Below are positions 1 to 13,799 of a DNA stretch of 64,000 nucleotides, one piece after another; positions within the stretch are counted from its first letter, which is position 1, and every line of letters begins with the position of its first letter. The position numbers were made by a program, and so were the translations under genes. The notes beneath the pieces are model-generated. The model made no database searches. It had not been told where the DNA came from and saw only the letters and a list, made by a program, of their open reading frames with translations. The DNA is from Octopus vulgaris (Eukaryota). The stretch lies in assembly GCA_951406725.2 (NCBI GenBank), contig OX597823.1, positions 116,436,001 through 116,500,000 of the forward strand, given 5' to 3'.

Positions 1-224
1 TTTCCACTTATTTCTTATCTTTATTTTCCTTAAAATTTCGTTGAATCTTGCAACTTTTTTAATAGTCTTGACTCTCAAGACTATTGAGTCGAGACTATTA
101 AAAAAGTTGCAAGATGCAACGAAAATTTTAGGAAAATAAAAATAAGAAACAAGTGGAAATTTTACTGGTGAGTGTATTACATTATAAGGCACAAAAAGGA
201 AATGACTCTCCCTAGACACAACAG
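1..224. mobile_element. Palindromic (fold-back) non-autonomous element, left end outside window; each arm has a degenerate hammerhead-like motif
   Basis: Positions 1-~75 are the reverse complement of ~86-160. The right end (GACTCTCCCTAGACACAACAG) matches the arms of the palindromic element at 17748-17935. Confidence 0.7.
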
Positions 225-722
225 AATAATGTGTATATTTCACTGAGAATATCAAGATAAAACCAAAACATACAGCTAGATAGATTGGGTCATTGGTATT
301 TCATATATGGACACAAAAGAGTAAACTACATTTCATTTAGGTCCCTTCTTACAGCTTGGTTGACTAGTCTGTTACATTTCATGGTTATAGACATGATACA
401 CCACACTCTGATACTTACAGATATCTGAGTATATTAGACTGTTGGCATTGAAGTATTTTATTCATAGACAAAGTACAGTGAAATATACCACATTGTGGCA
501 CCTACTTACAGCTAGGTAGATTGGATTGTTACCTTGGATACCACACAATTCTGGTAACTAGACAAAGCCCATTAGTCAATCATCCATATTCTCTTAATCT
601 AGAAATTGTTTAATGGACATTTCTGATGTTTATCAACTTGTCATGCAATGATTCCAAGAATTGAGAAAATGGTAAATGACTTGGACTTTATTTTATCTAT
701 GTTCCTCTACATGACGACTAAT

Positions 723-1208
723 GCACACATACACATATACACATATGCATAGATACACACACACACACACACACACAACTGTTAAACATTCTAGACAAGT
801 CATATTATACAGATATACACATTAGTGCATAATATGAACACATACACATACAACCACACAAACACACACATGCAAACACTCCCACACACACATACATGCA
901 CACACTCATGCACACACACACGCATGCGCACATTCAAATCTATTTAGAAACTGTCACAAAAAATTTAAAACTTGCATGCTGAACTGACACGTTCTCCTGT
1001 GCACATGCAATTTTTTCCCTTCAATTTCTTCTCCATATTTTTATGCACTCCTACACACACTCATGCATGCATACGCATGCACACACACACACACACACAC
1101 CATGCACCATACACACACTCCCCACTCTCAGTCTCTTCTTTTACAGTCACAGAAATATTCACGTAGTCTTCCTTGTTGCCCCCTCTCTCTCTCTGTATAC
1201 ATACAATG

Positions 1209-1239
<31 letters not shown>

Positions 1240-1300
1240 CTATCTCTCTCTGTATATATATGTATATACATATACATACATATATATATGTGTGTGTGTG
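723..1300. repeat. (CA)n/(TACA)n/(TA)n/(TG)n microsatellite-rich tract
   Basis: Directly visible; source of the His/Thr/Tyr/Ile pseudo-ORFs. Confidence 0.9.
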
Positions 1301-1749
1301 TAGTGATAGATACGGCTGCAATATCCGGATAGTTATTATTCAAGCACTTAGTTAAAATCCTTGTTAAAGCCTATCATATCAAGTTGTAATAAGCACTTTG
1401 AATTACTTATTACTTATATTGGATATACATTGGTTATATATGTATAATCTTCCCTCACTGTCTTTATTGGATCATTACACACACACACCATTGTCCAGAA
1501 ATTAGGTAACAAATTATCAGTACTGTTATTCTGATTACTAGATACTCAGAGTTTAATACAAGGCATTAGACTAAGAGTTCTATGTATTTAGTGTATTTGT
1601 TACAAAGTGACAAACTAGAACTAGGAGTACTTTAAAAAATAAAACACGGAGTACTGTATACTCGGAGTATTTGTTACAATGAGACTCTTGCGGAAACTGA
1701 GGCAGTTACATCTTTTGTAAATACCAGTAAAATGGTATGTTACAACATA

Positions 1750-1978
1750 CCTATTTCTTTACTACCCACAAGGATAAACAGAAGGGATAAACAAGGACAG
1801 ACAAACTGATTAAGTCGATTATATCGACCCCAGTGTATAACTGGTACTTATTTAATCGACCCCAAAGGGATGAAAGGCAAAGTCGACCTCGGCGGAATTT
1901 GAACTCAGAACATAACGGCAGACAAAATATGGCTAAGCATTTCGCCTGGCGTGCTAACGGTTCTGCCAGCTCGCCGCC
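1750..1978 (-). mobile_element. SINE family A (tRNA-like head GGCGGCGAGCTGGCAGAA, central CCTTTCATCC...GGGGTCGA...AGTACCAG domain)
   Basis: More than 10 copies in the window; flanked by 15-bp TSD ATGTTACAACATACC. Confidence 0.9.
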
Positions 1979-2475
1979 ATGTTACAACATACCATTTTAC
2001 TGGTGTCTACACAAGATGCAACTGTATGTTGGGTTGACTGTGTCAAAGTTAGTGCTGTGCCGTGTGTGGGTGGGAGCCTTGGTACACATTACTGCTCTCG
2101 TAACATTTGGTCAGTTCCAATGCTGAGTCAGTTGATGCTAATGGAGTAAATAGAAGTTGACAGCTTCTGGAAGGGTTGTGGCGCTGGAATCACAGATTAA
2201 AAACCAAAGGGTAGTAAGGAGGGAGAGAGTAAGCAAATGACAGTTTTAACATATCTGTCATTATCCACACACACACACAGATTGTGTGTGCGCGTGCACG
2301 TGTGTGTGTGTGTGTGTGTATGTGTTTGTGGTGAGAGGCATTATGCCTAAATGGTATGCATAGTGTGTAGCCAGACCAATATGATACACAATTCATAAGT
2401 TCATCTCTTACTTGCCCAAAGAGACATTGTCTCCTCAGGCAAGTAACTTTACTCTTATTTCCCTCAGCCATATAT

Positions 2476-2533
<58 letters not shown>

Positions 2534-4537
2534 ACTTAATTCCCAGGCATGTTAGCAGTATCTGAAATATTTTGGTATCTAGTAGCAGCAATACACACCC
2601 ACAATATGTGTGTGTGTGTGTGTGTGAGTGTGTGTGTGTGTATGTGAGTGAAATCAGCCATTTTGTCCAGCATCCGAGATAGCTTATACTGACGTTGTTA
2701 AAGAGGCTTGTACAGCTCAGATTGCATTGGTAACTTTATTGATTTAACAAATAGTGCTTCTGGCTACAATACTTCCAAATAAAGATGGTAAACTTTTTAA
2801 ATATTCCTATTTTTAGTTATGAATCATAATACGATGTACAGGATAAGGTTTTAACTTTGAGGGACCACAAAGCCATCAAGTTAAATTTCTCAACAAATTT
2901 TTCTCATCTCCATATTTTAAGCACCAGAAACTTCCAAAACCAAATTGCTCTTCCTAATAATTATCCTACTTCTGAAAATGAAAAAAAAGACATTTTCGTC
3001 TTTCAATTAAGATTTCTTCTTTTGATAAACACATGTAGTTATTTCCAGATTTGTCATAAATAACTTGAGAAGGCTTAGTTGAGCACATACTGTAAATATT
3101 GTTGGAATACTGGTTCTAAAGTCCTTTTTTGTGATCCATGTTAATGTTTCTGTTTTGTGAAAGGAATCAGTAAAAATGGTGTAATGGAGTAAGTCAACAT
3201 CTCGCAATTGTCTGAATATTTTTGGGGAGATAAATAAATCTGTTTTTCAAACCAGAAATGCTCTCTAACTGCAGTTAAGGGATGAACATGGAATGAAATG
3301 CATAAATATTACTGCCAGGAGGAAAACAGCATTAACAGACTCAAAGGTCTAGTCTCTGACATCATGTTGGTATTAATAAACATAGGAACAAGCTGCCAGG
3401 AATGCTATTGCTGGAAAGAAAAGGGGATTTAGACAATGCTAAGAATGTTAATTGATGCAGTCTAATGACTTGAATAAGATTCTCATAGATCCCAAGAATT
3501 CCAATCCACAGTGTCCATTATAATAATGCAAGATCACAGCCTATAGAGAAACCTTTCAAGAATATAGGTGTGGAAGCACTCAAAATCCATATGAAGAAAT
3601 TTATGAAGGTTTGAACACTTCAATGAGAGTAATTCTCAGATAAGTTTAATCCATAACATTTAAGTTGTTAATTTACTTTATGTATGGCACAAATACCCTT
3701 AAAATTGGGGACAGGTATCACAGTGTCTCCAGTTCTCCTCCCTCAAATGTGGTTGAGTGTCAACTGAGTTACTTGATGGAGGCAGACTTTTGTAGGAACT
3801 CAAAAGGGCTCAATGAGACATTAGCATCTGTGACTGTACTATAAACAGTAAAGGACTGGTGCAGTGGGTTTGGATAACAGTAAGCTGTAAACTCTGAATC
3901 AGTTGGTCTGAAAACTATTTTGTTGTTGCATCCTTAAATGATTTCCTTAAAAAAATAGAACCCATAGTTATAATTTGTAGACAACAGTTGCTTTCCTATC
4001 ACTGAATAATTAATGATCTCGGTTGAAAAAAAAAACAGGACTAAATCATAGATTATTTTTTATCTTTAAGAAATGTTCAATTTCATAAAATGTTGAATTG
4101 GGCTTCACCCTTCAGCATTTAAACTGACCAAATCTGGTCAAAATATTCTGCCTGTTTTATATTCAAACTGCCAGATCCTGCCACTCACACCTACCATTTT
4201 TCAAAAGTGGCAGAAACACTGGAACCAGTGCATTGCTGCACAAGATGACTATTTCAAAGGAGATGATTTTAATACATAGGTAAATAATCTTATTTTTTTA
4301 TTAAGCATAACTAATCTGGGAACCTTTTATGGTGTCAGAATCAGCCTCATGTAGACTACACTAATTCACATTTAGTATAGCAATACTAATCTACGTTTAG
4401 ACTCCAGGGTACTCATGGTACTGTAGGTTGAGGTTATTACCACATTACTTTACCTTTATATTGTAGATTTGGCAGAGAATAAAATGAATACTTAAAATTA
4501 AAGTTATTCTGGATAACAATAACGACGCCGACGCCCT

Positions 4538-5075
4538 GATGCGGTGCCAGGCAGTGGCTCTCATGGCTTCTGATCTTAACTGATTGGAAGTGTTATCATG
4601 TACATTCTTTTGTCTTGGTATAAAAGATGGGCTACGGCAAATATTCTGCTGAATACCAGAGATTTGCTTGTCAGTTGTTTGACTTTTACCAGTTGAGCAT
4701 GTCCCTTAGTGGCTGACAATGATCACGAGCAGAAGTAGTGGGGGATCATCATAGTCATGTGTTGAAAGGGATTCTTTGGGTTTTGAATAATTCACCTTTG
4801 GAAACAAAGATGTTTCATTCAACATCCTTAAACAACCCTTATTCAGGGACCTTTTGAGCAGGGTGGGCTACTTGACATAAAGAAAATTTTAACAAGGTTC
4901 TCCTGCAAGGTCATATGCTGTTTATCTTGATATGAGATCACCATGTTGCACACATGTGGTTGTTAGATATGTGCCTGTTGTACCCTTATCAGACAGGTAA
5001 TCATGATGGGTATACTGAGCTTTGTATATTTTACACCAGTATCAATTCGATGGGATGCACTGCTCTTTCACTCAA
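4538..5075 (+). mobile_element. Unclassified ~540-bp dispersed repeat ('repeat X') ending in a trinucleotide tail
   Basis: Homologous copies at 10378-10921 (-) and 43005-43450 (+). Confidence 0.8.
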
Positions 5076-6320
5076 TCATCATCATCATCATCATCATTTA
5101 ATGTCCATGCTGATGTGGGTTGGACAGTTTGACTGAGGACTGGCAAGCCAGGTGGCTGCACCAGGTTTCTACAGCTGGATGCCTTTCCTAATGCCAACCA
5201 CTACAAGTGTGTAGTGGGTGCTTTTTACATATGACCACGCTCATATGGTGCTTTTTATGTGCCAGATGCATGGGTGCCAGTCAAGCAATACTGGCATCGG
5301 CCATGACAATGTTTCTGCTTGGTTCAACAAGTCTTCTCAAGCACAGCATATTGCCCAATGATTGAAAGGTACTCTTAAAATGGCCGGTTATGCTGCACTG
5401 GCATGGGCTATGGCTACGGTCTCACTTGGTTTGCTAGGTTTTCTCAAGCACAGCATATCTCCAAAAGTCTCAGTCACTTGTCATTGCCACTGTGAGTCCC
5501 AATGTTGAAAGGTTGTGCTTCACCACCTCATCCTAGGTCTTCCTGGGTCTCCCTCTTCCACAGGTTTCCTCCACTGCAAGGGTGTGACACTTTTACACAC
5601 AGCTGTCCCAGGTCTTCCTAACACATGACCTTACCAGTGCAGTTGTCTCTCTTGCACACTACATCTGATGCTTCTTATGTTCAATTTTTCTCTCAGTGTG
5701 CTTACACTCTGTCATGTATGCACACTGACATTACACATCCAGCAGAGCATACTAGCTTCATTTCTTGTAATATTATGCATGTCCTCAGCAGTCACAGCCC
5801 ATGTTTCACTGCTGTGTAGCATGGCTGTTCACACACATGCATCATACAGTCTACCATTCACTCTGAGTGAGAGGCCCTTTGTTACCAACAGAGGTAGGAG
5901 ATCTCTGATCTTTGCCCAGCCTATTCTTATTCTAGTCACTACACTCTCAGATCATCCACCCTTGCTACTAACTTGGTTACCTAGGTATCAGCTACTTCTA
6001 GTTTTCTCCCTGGCATAAGATGGAATTTGTTTTCTGCACATTTCCAGTGTTTATTGCCCTTGTGCATCTGCCACACACAAAAACTATCTTCCGAATCAGC
6101 CTTCCTTTGATATTGCTGCACCTCTTATGTGTCCATAGCTTACACCAGGTACATCTTATAGAGTTTCTACCTACACTTTTCCTACAGATCAAGCAGAGCC
6201 ATCTACTTGAAGGGATTTGTGATTTGTCTGCCTTCCTACTTACTGAGACTTTTGTTTTTGCCAGATTGACTCTAGGGGCCTTCGATTCTAGACCTTGCTT
6301 CCACACCTGAAACATTTCTC
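5074..6320 (-). mobile_element. 5'-truncated decayed RTE-type LINE (post-RT region with Cys/His-rich finger, 3' UTR, (GAT)n tail)
   Basis: ORF 5998-6315 has RVNLAKTKV followed by CLIC...CTWCKLWTHKRC...FVCGRC. Its 3' end matches the abundant ...CATCCAGCTGTAGAAA...CCATGCYAGCATGG...TTAAA(TGA)n fragments. Confidence 0.8.
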
Positions 6321-6588
6321 TCCTATGACATAACGATTCTCTCTCACACGAAACATTTCAAGTCTTAGGTACTCATGATGCATAACAATGGCAAATTTTG
6401 TTCTTATCTGCTTCCCCTCTAGCTAAGTAAACCTGTCTCCTAGATTCCCTTCTGGTGACCTGATACAGTTCTCTGCCACCACCATTCTTCCAGTCCTTCT
6501 ATGCCTGTTTTTTTCCCTAATGGCCCTGTTGCACCACCATGCTACATTAGGTCAAAGAGGGGACTTTGCACCATCTACAGATGGTGCA

Positions 6589-6633
6589 ATAATAGTAATA
6601 ATAAGAAGAAGAAGAAGAAGAAGAAGAAGAATG

Positions 6634-6673
<40 letters not shown>

Positions 6674-6695
6674 CAACAATAACAACAACAACAAC
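6589..6695. repeat. Compound (AAT)/(AAG)/(AAC) microsatellite
   Basis: Directly visible. Confidence 0.95.
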
Positions 6696-6817
6696 ATGTG
6701 TAAAGTGCTATCTGTCTGAAGTCCTTGTTCTGACCTGACAGACAGCACAAATCCCTGGTACACATAATATCTTCAGTCAACAACATCGCAATATTGGTTA
6801 TTCTGTGATGTCTTCAA

Positions 6818-6990
6818 TAATCATCATCATCCTCATTTAACGTCTGTTGTCCATGCTGGCATGGGTTGGACGGTTTGACCAGGGCTGGTAAGCTGGAAGG
6901 CTGCACCGGACTCCAGTCTGATTTGGCATGGTTTTCTACAGCTGGATGCTCTTCGTTAATGTCAACCACTCTGAGAGTGCAATGGATGCT
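6818..6990 (-). mobile_element. RTE-type LINE 3'-end fragment
   Basis: Matches the 3' UTR of 5074-6320. Confidence 0.8.
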
Positions 6991-7666
6991 TAATAACGAC
7001 AACAACAACAACAACAACAACTCTATTTTATGTAAAAGAAAATATGTTAATTTCACAATGAAATGCTATTTTGTGAGTGACACAAATAGAGAGGGTGTTG
7101 ACAAATAATGTTAACAATCTGGAATGAGCTGGGTGTGTTTTCAGGGACAGAAGAGAAACTGGCAGAGGCAGGCTCATTCTTTAAAGCATGATGGCTACCT
7201 ATCAAACCTGGAATGAAGAGAAACTAAACAGGTAAGAGAAGCCCCAATGAGAGAATAACAGTGCAGAAGAAGTGAGTGTAGGTTAAGGATATAGAGAGAC
7301 AAAGAAATTGTTAAAGTATCTCATTGAAGATTAGATTAAATGGGTAAAGAGGAAATAAAATTGCGAATGTGGCAGAGCAACAAGGACAGGGAATTGTTGG
7401 AGAAGATATTAGACCAACTTGAATTAAACAGCAATGAAAAGCCTTCCCGCCTTAGAGGATGTAATAGAATGAGAGTAAAGCAATAAATGAAATAAATTGG
7501 CCATGTTATAGGGCAGGTGCTTCTCCTCGCTTAGCAGCAAATAACCTATATAAGGCTATAGCAGCAACAGTGGAACAAGATTTGGTTATGAGGGGGTGCT
7601 GAAAAGTTCTTAGCTTTGGATAAAAGAAAATACAGGAGGATCAGTTAATTATGATTTTATTCAACA

Positions 7667-7966
7667 CTAGCAGTATCGCCCAGCATTGCTCGGATTTGTT
7701 TCGACCCTTTAGAATTGGAATTTTAGAAAAGGAGAAATTTGTGAACATTTTCCTGGCGACACAGCAGTCAAAAAATCGTAAAAAATAGGGATTTTCATAG
7801 AAAACAAATGCACCTTTTTGATGTAAATAATTTTTGGTGTTAACATGGTCCGATTTGAATTTTTTTTCTACGGAAGGAAGAGCAAGCCTTCTTCTATCAT
7901 ACTCTCGATTTTGGTCAACTTGCGCCGCAGGGTCTCAGAGGAGATGGTGATAGTTGAAGTTTTATA
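7667..7966 (-). mobile_element. Non-autonomous Helitron-like element
   Basis: Minus-strand 3' end CTAG preceded by the hairpin CCGAGCAATGCTGGG. Inserted between A and T of the MITE without a TSD (compare empty site TTCAACATATTC near 20856). Confidence 0.65.
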
Positions 7967-8071
7967 TATTCTCCTCTTAGATTCACACAATTACTGCAGT
8001 GGTCCTTCAATTTTTCTAAACCCTGTAAAAGAACTTAGAATGTTGGGCCTCCAGCCAAGCCTTTCACAATA

Positions 8072-8490
8072 CCTATTTTTTTACTACCCACAAGGGGCTG
8101 AACACAGAGAGGACAAACAAGGACAGACAAACGGATTAAGTCAATTACATCGACCCCAGTGCATAACTGGTACTTTATTTATCGACCCTGAAAGGATGAA
8201 AGGCAAAGTCGACCTCGACGGAATTTGAACTCAGAACGTAACGGCAGAAGAAATACATAGTTCTTTACTACACACAAGGTGCTTAACACAGAGAGGACAA
8301 ACAAGGACAGACAAACGGATTAAGTCGATTATATAGACCCTAATGCGTAACTGGTACTTATTTAATCGACCCCGAAAGGATGAATGGCAAAGTCAACCTC
8401 GGCGGAATTTGAACTCAGAACGCAATGGCAGACGAAATACCGCTAAGCATTTTGCCCGGTGTGCAAACGTTTCTGCTAGCTTGACACCTT
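8072..8490 (-). mobile_element. Tandem dimer of SINE family A
   Basis: Two units (8072-8255 head-less, 8260-8490 complete) inside one TSD ACAATACC. Confidence 0.85.
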
Positions 8491-9178
8491 AAACAATACC
8501 CTTAAAGCCAGGAACTTTTCAGCATCCCCTCCTACACAACAGGCAACTCGAGAAGGGACAAATACTTGTTGGAAAGGATGGATAGAAGAAAGCATCAAGA
8601 GAGCTTGGGAAGCGAGTCAGCTACAGCTCTCTAAAGAGGATGAGGATGTATTATGAAAAGAAAGAGTGATTAAAACACTAGAAAGAAAATACAAGGAAAA
8701 AGGAAACAAGGAAATGAATGTTGCAACAGAATAACTGAAGGATAAGCTTCGACAACTGAGATTAAATGTCAGAATAGACAAATGGATAAAGGAAGACCTT
8801 GAGAATGTTGATAAGAAAAACAAAATGAGGAAATCGCTGAAAATCTACTATACCTCACACCTGCAGGTAGATGTTGACAAGATTGTATTTCAAGAGAAAG
8901 ACTGAAGGATGGGGTCAGATAAGTCTAGAAGATCAGGTGGAAATATAGGAAGTATGTTAATGGGAGTGGTGATGCACTTTTGATAGGAATAAGGAGATAG
9001 TAGCTATCAACTGAGGAAGAAAAAAGAAATGAAATTCTTGAAGCTAGGAAGCAAAGATAGGAACAGAAAAGTTTTTGGGGATGGGGGCGGGGAAGTGTTT
9101 TTTGGTCTTTCTTTTTGGGTTTTTTTGTTTTTTCAAGTACTGAAGGGGGTCAAGATCAGAAGTAGTTTTAGTGATTAA

Positions 9179-9399
9179 CCCTATAGTGTTCACATTATTC
9201 TACCAAAATTAATGCTTTTTTACCCATATTGATTAGAACTAATCATGCATTATCTTGTAGCTATGAGATTTTGATGAGGCAGCTGTTAATTTTTAAAACG
9301 ATATTGTAGGGTTGGTGCGAGAGACCAGATCTGGCCAGTTTGAACATAAAAATGGCAGAATACTTTTGGCTGGATATAACCAGTTTAAATGCTAAAGGG
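9179..9399. mobile_element. piggyBac-type MITE
   Basis: TTAA-CCCTATAG ... CTAAAGGG-TTAA; partial copies at ~4108-4200 and 63921-64000. Confidence 0.75.
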
Positions 9400-9897
9400 T
9401 TAAAGAGGGACATTTTGAAAAAAGAGACAGAGGGTTTTATCACAACCTTGCAGGATCAAGCAATCAGAAAAAGATTCATATAGAAGACATCTTTGCTGAA
9501 TGTAGAGTGTCTGGTGAAAGAGAAGACAGTTGGTAATGTAATCTCTAAATGTAGAATATTGAATCTTGGTGTTTACAAGAACTAAAGACAATTCCAAAGT
9601 GTTTACAGTTTCATATTAGCATATCTGTAAAAAAATGTTTTGGAATGTCGAAAAATGGTACAGCACATCTTTGAAAGGTATTAATGAGATATGAAAATTA
9701 ACACAGATAGCTAAATAGAATATTTATGCCCAGATATTGTTGCATTCACTGAAAGGGAAAGAGTGTATTACACAATCAGTATGGTTTATTCATTTGATAC
9801 AAGAATGGTAGACAAAAAATATAAAATTAAGGGTGTGGAATTGCTGTAAAGTTTGCTGTTCCCAGTCATAACAGAAGCCTTACAAGGTCTTAGAAGC

Positions 9898-10364
<467 letters not shown>

Positions 10365-10377
10365 ATTATTATTATTG

Positions 10378-10918
10378 AATGAGTGAGCAATGCATACCAC
10401 CAAAGTGACACTAGGGTAAAATATACAATCCCCAGTATACCCATGACTACTAATCTGATAAGGGTACACCAGGCACATGCATCACAACCATATGTGAGCG
10501 ACATGGTGATCTCATAGCAAGATAAACAGTTCATGACCTTACAGGTGGGGTCAGTTAGAAATTTTCTTCAGGTTGAGCAGCTCATCTTACTCACAAGTTC
10601 CCTGAATAAAGGTTGTTTAAGGATGTTGAACGAAACACCCATGTTTCCAAAGGTGAATTATCCAAACCCCAAAGAATCCCTCTCAACACATGGCAATGAT
10701 GTTCCCCCACTACTTCTGCACGTGATCAGAGATGCACATATCATCAGCCACAAAGGGACAGGCTCAACTGGTTAAGGCCAAACAACTGACAAGCAAATCT
10801 GTGGTATTGAGCAGAATATTTGCTGTAGCCCATCTTTTATACCAAGACAAATCAATGTATGTTATAACACTTCCAATCAGTTAAGATCAGAAGCCATGAG
10901 AGCCACTGCCTGGTACTA

Positions 10919-10921
<3 letters not shown>
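10378..10921 (-). mobile_element. Repeat X copy
   Basis: Reverse complement of 4538-5075. Confidence 0.8.
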
Positions 10922-10967
<46 letters not shown>

Positions 10968-11478
10968 GCCTTTGCACAGCTTCTAACGCTGGAGATGTAC
11001 TACAGTGTCAGCTGTTCACTACTAAGTTAACATCTCTTATTTTTCGAGCACCTTCTGGAGTATTCAAGCAGTTCCAAGCAGTGTTGTTTTCTGCAAGTAC
11101 TCCACCCTTAATGCATCTCCTATTTGTTCCACGTACTTCTTGAGATTTTTGCTCACTGTTCCCAGGGCTCCAACAGTTATTGGTAGCTACTGCTACCTTT
11201 TTCATCGACCACAACTGCTAACTTCCCAAGCTAACCTGTCATATAGCTCAACTTTTCTTTCTTCCTTATCGCATACCTTGTTGTCAGCTGGGCATGCTAT
11301 GTCTATAATCCAGCATAGTTTGTTTTCTTTCTCAATTAAGACTATGTCTGGTTTCCTATTCTCAATCTCATGGTCACACTGGATCATAGAATCCTATAGG
11401 ATCTTTGCATTTCTATTTTCGACAATGCCTTCAGGTTTGTGGTCGTACCAATTTTTTGCTCTGTCAAGTCCATACTTA
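10968..11478 (-). mobile_element. R4/Dong-type LINE 3' fragment with restriction-like endonuclease motif
   Basis: IQCDHEIENRKPDIVLIEK...IIDIACP...KVELY (R-PD...D...K..Y RLE motif); 3' end abuts (TAA)n. Confidence 0.85.
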
Positions 11479-11741
11479 TCATTGTTGTTGTTGTTATTGC
11501 ACTCACGATCCAGTGATTATGATTTCAATCCCTAGACCCGGTGGTGCATTGAGCTCTTGAGCAACACATTCCATCTCATGTTACTCTGTGACTATGTAGA
11601 CACCTGACATATGGCCTCTTCAGACAATGTTGATTTGATGGAGAGAGAAAAGCATGAACATTTGATCACTATAAAAACAAATCCTTTGTATAGGCTGCTT
11701 GAAAAAAGCGGAAGACTCATACATTGTCTTCAATGGGAGAG

Positions 11742-11797
<56 letters not shown>

Positions 11798-12804
11798 TAT
11801 TGTTATTATTATTATTATTATTATTAATGCTGTAATATAAATAAAAGATAAAACTCTCCATTATATTGTAATTGTTGTTGAATCAAATGAGAGTGAAAAA
11901 TTAACATTGTCAAATTCATTTTAATCAAGGAAATACAAAAATGAAATATGTCCAGTATTTATAATAAATTGTTACTTTGAACAATTTTCTCAATGAGCCA
12001 GAATTTTTCCTCAATGCTACTTGATGTAGTTTATATTTGAAACTAGGAGAGGCTGATGACAATATGGATTTGTACTTTATCAAAAGTGAAATGCAGAGCC
12101 AGATCGGGAGAGCACATGGGGTTGGTACGGGAGTGAAGTTTACAAGAAAACCAAATAATTCTTTAAAGTTTGAATTGTGTGGAAGAGGCTATCAAAGAAC
12201 TTGAAGTAGAATTGTGAGATTTATTGAAAGGAATATGTAAAGTTGCAATACAGAGTTCTTGAGAAACTGGATGGTTGAAGTTGCTTTTGTAGTGGATTTT
12301 GTTTTGCGCTTTCTTTCTGAGAGAGAGAGTGGGTGGGGAAGAGAAAAGTGCTTGTACAAGTGTGCTGCAGGGAAGTCTTAAATTTGGATATATTCCAGTA
12401 GTTCTATCACATTGTCAATACATGCATTACCTTTCACCTCAGGTGATTCACCCTATTAACCTGAATACATTCAGGTTGTGTCTTTACAGCATTTGCATCT
12501 ATTTTGCATTTTGTTTCTATTCTATAAACAGAGCAGAGAGTCACTTTATCCTTTATTACTATCCTACCTTCATACATCAAGGACACTAAGCATATCTTTA
12601 ACCTTCTTCACTACTTTTCTTTCTTTGCCGGAACCTCACAGCTCCCATTTACTGTGGACCTCTATCTATTGTTATTGCCCTTAATGTTTAAGGCCTAAAA
12701 GTCCTCTTAGTCTTTAAACATTTCTTTGATCTTTCCTCTTCCTTGAACCTAGAACCAACATTTTCACTGCATAGCTGAACTCATTTTTACATTCTCTTAC
12801 ATAT

Positions 12805-13016
12805 ATTTCTTCACTACCCACAAGGGGCTAAACACAGAGAGGACAAATGGATTAAGTCGATTACATCGACCCCAGTGCATAACTGGTACTTAATTTATCG
12901 ACCCCGAAAGGATGACAGGCAAAGTCGACCTTGGCAGAATTTGAACTCAGAACGTAACAGCAGACGAAATACGGCTACACATTTTGCCCAACATGCTAAC
13001 GTTTCTGCCAGCTCCC
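12805..13016 (-). mobile_element. SINE family A
   Basis: Homology to other copies; TSD ATTCTCTTACATATA. Confidence 0.9.
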
Positions 13017-13124
13017 TTATTCTCTTACATATACCTTTCCCTGGTGAGTTCAATCAACAAACTAACAAGGGGCCATGGACACTAAAATGAACCCTAGATA
13101 TGTCCATCTCCTTGTAAAAAAAAG

Positions 13125-13343
13125 TTACCTTCTTGAGCTATGCTGAATCATAAGGGCCAATTCCTGGTTTCCATGGCATATAAATTTCCCAACTTGGTGG
13201 GACACCAGTTCATCACAAGATTACTCGTTTTTGCCAGCTGAGTGGACTGGAGCAACATAAAATGAAGTGTCTTGCTCAAGAACACAAGGCAGCACCCGGT
13301 CCATGAATTGAAATCACAATCTTATGATTAGGAATCCAATACC
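13125..13343 (-). mobile_element. SINE family D (tRNA head, ...TGCGATGGACTGGYGTCCYGTCC-type body)
   Basis: Homologous to 53941-54198 and 59028-59240. Confidence 0.75.
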
Positions 13344-13799
13344 CTAACCACAAAGACCTCCATCTCTTTGTGGGCCATATTGCACGCCCACCTCACCTGG
13401 CCTGCCCTGGATTCTATGGTTACCTCATCAATTACAATTGCTTCAACAGATGAACCCATTACCTTCAATTCTTCTGCCAACATCCTCTATTCACCTTTAA
13501 AATTTACCTCACACACCAGTCTCAGCTTCACAACTTTTCCTCCTCTTGTACTACTCACATTAGAATTGCTATCATATTCTGACCATTTCTTTAACTCGAG
13601 TGAGTACTTTGCAAAGACTTGGTTGTTATTTTCTAATTTGATGACACGCAACCATTTCTTCCTCATACAGTATCACCCTGTATCATTACTTACTTCTGAA
13701 CTCTACTGAGTCTGTTGACAAAGCATCTGCACTATGATCCCAAATCTACATGTCTAGAATTCACTTCTCTACTGCCCTTCACCCTTAAGGCTTGATTAC

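Larger units (their letters stand above)
7587..8534. mobile_element. Tc1/mariner-type MITE carrying nested Helitron-like and SINE insertions
   Basis: TA-flanked TIRs TGAGGGGGTGCTGAAAAGTT / AACTTTTCAGCATCCCCTCC; second copy at 20783-21493. Confidence 0.8.
7040..9720 (+). pseudogene. Highly decayed R4/Dong-like (RLE) LINE coding remnant, interrupted by MITE/SINE/Helitron insertions
   Basis: A-rich strand with remnants such as ANNLYKAIAATVEQDL (~7545-7587) and WKGWIEESIK (~8568), resembling the pre-RT region of R4/Dong elements; no intact ORF. Confidence 0.4.
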
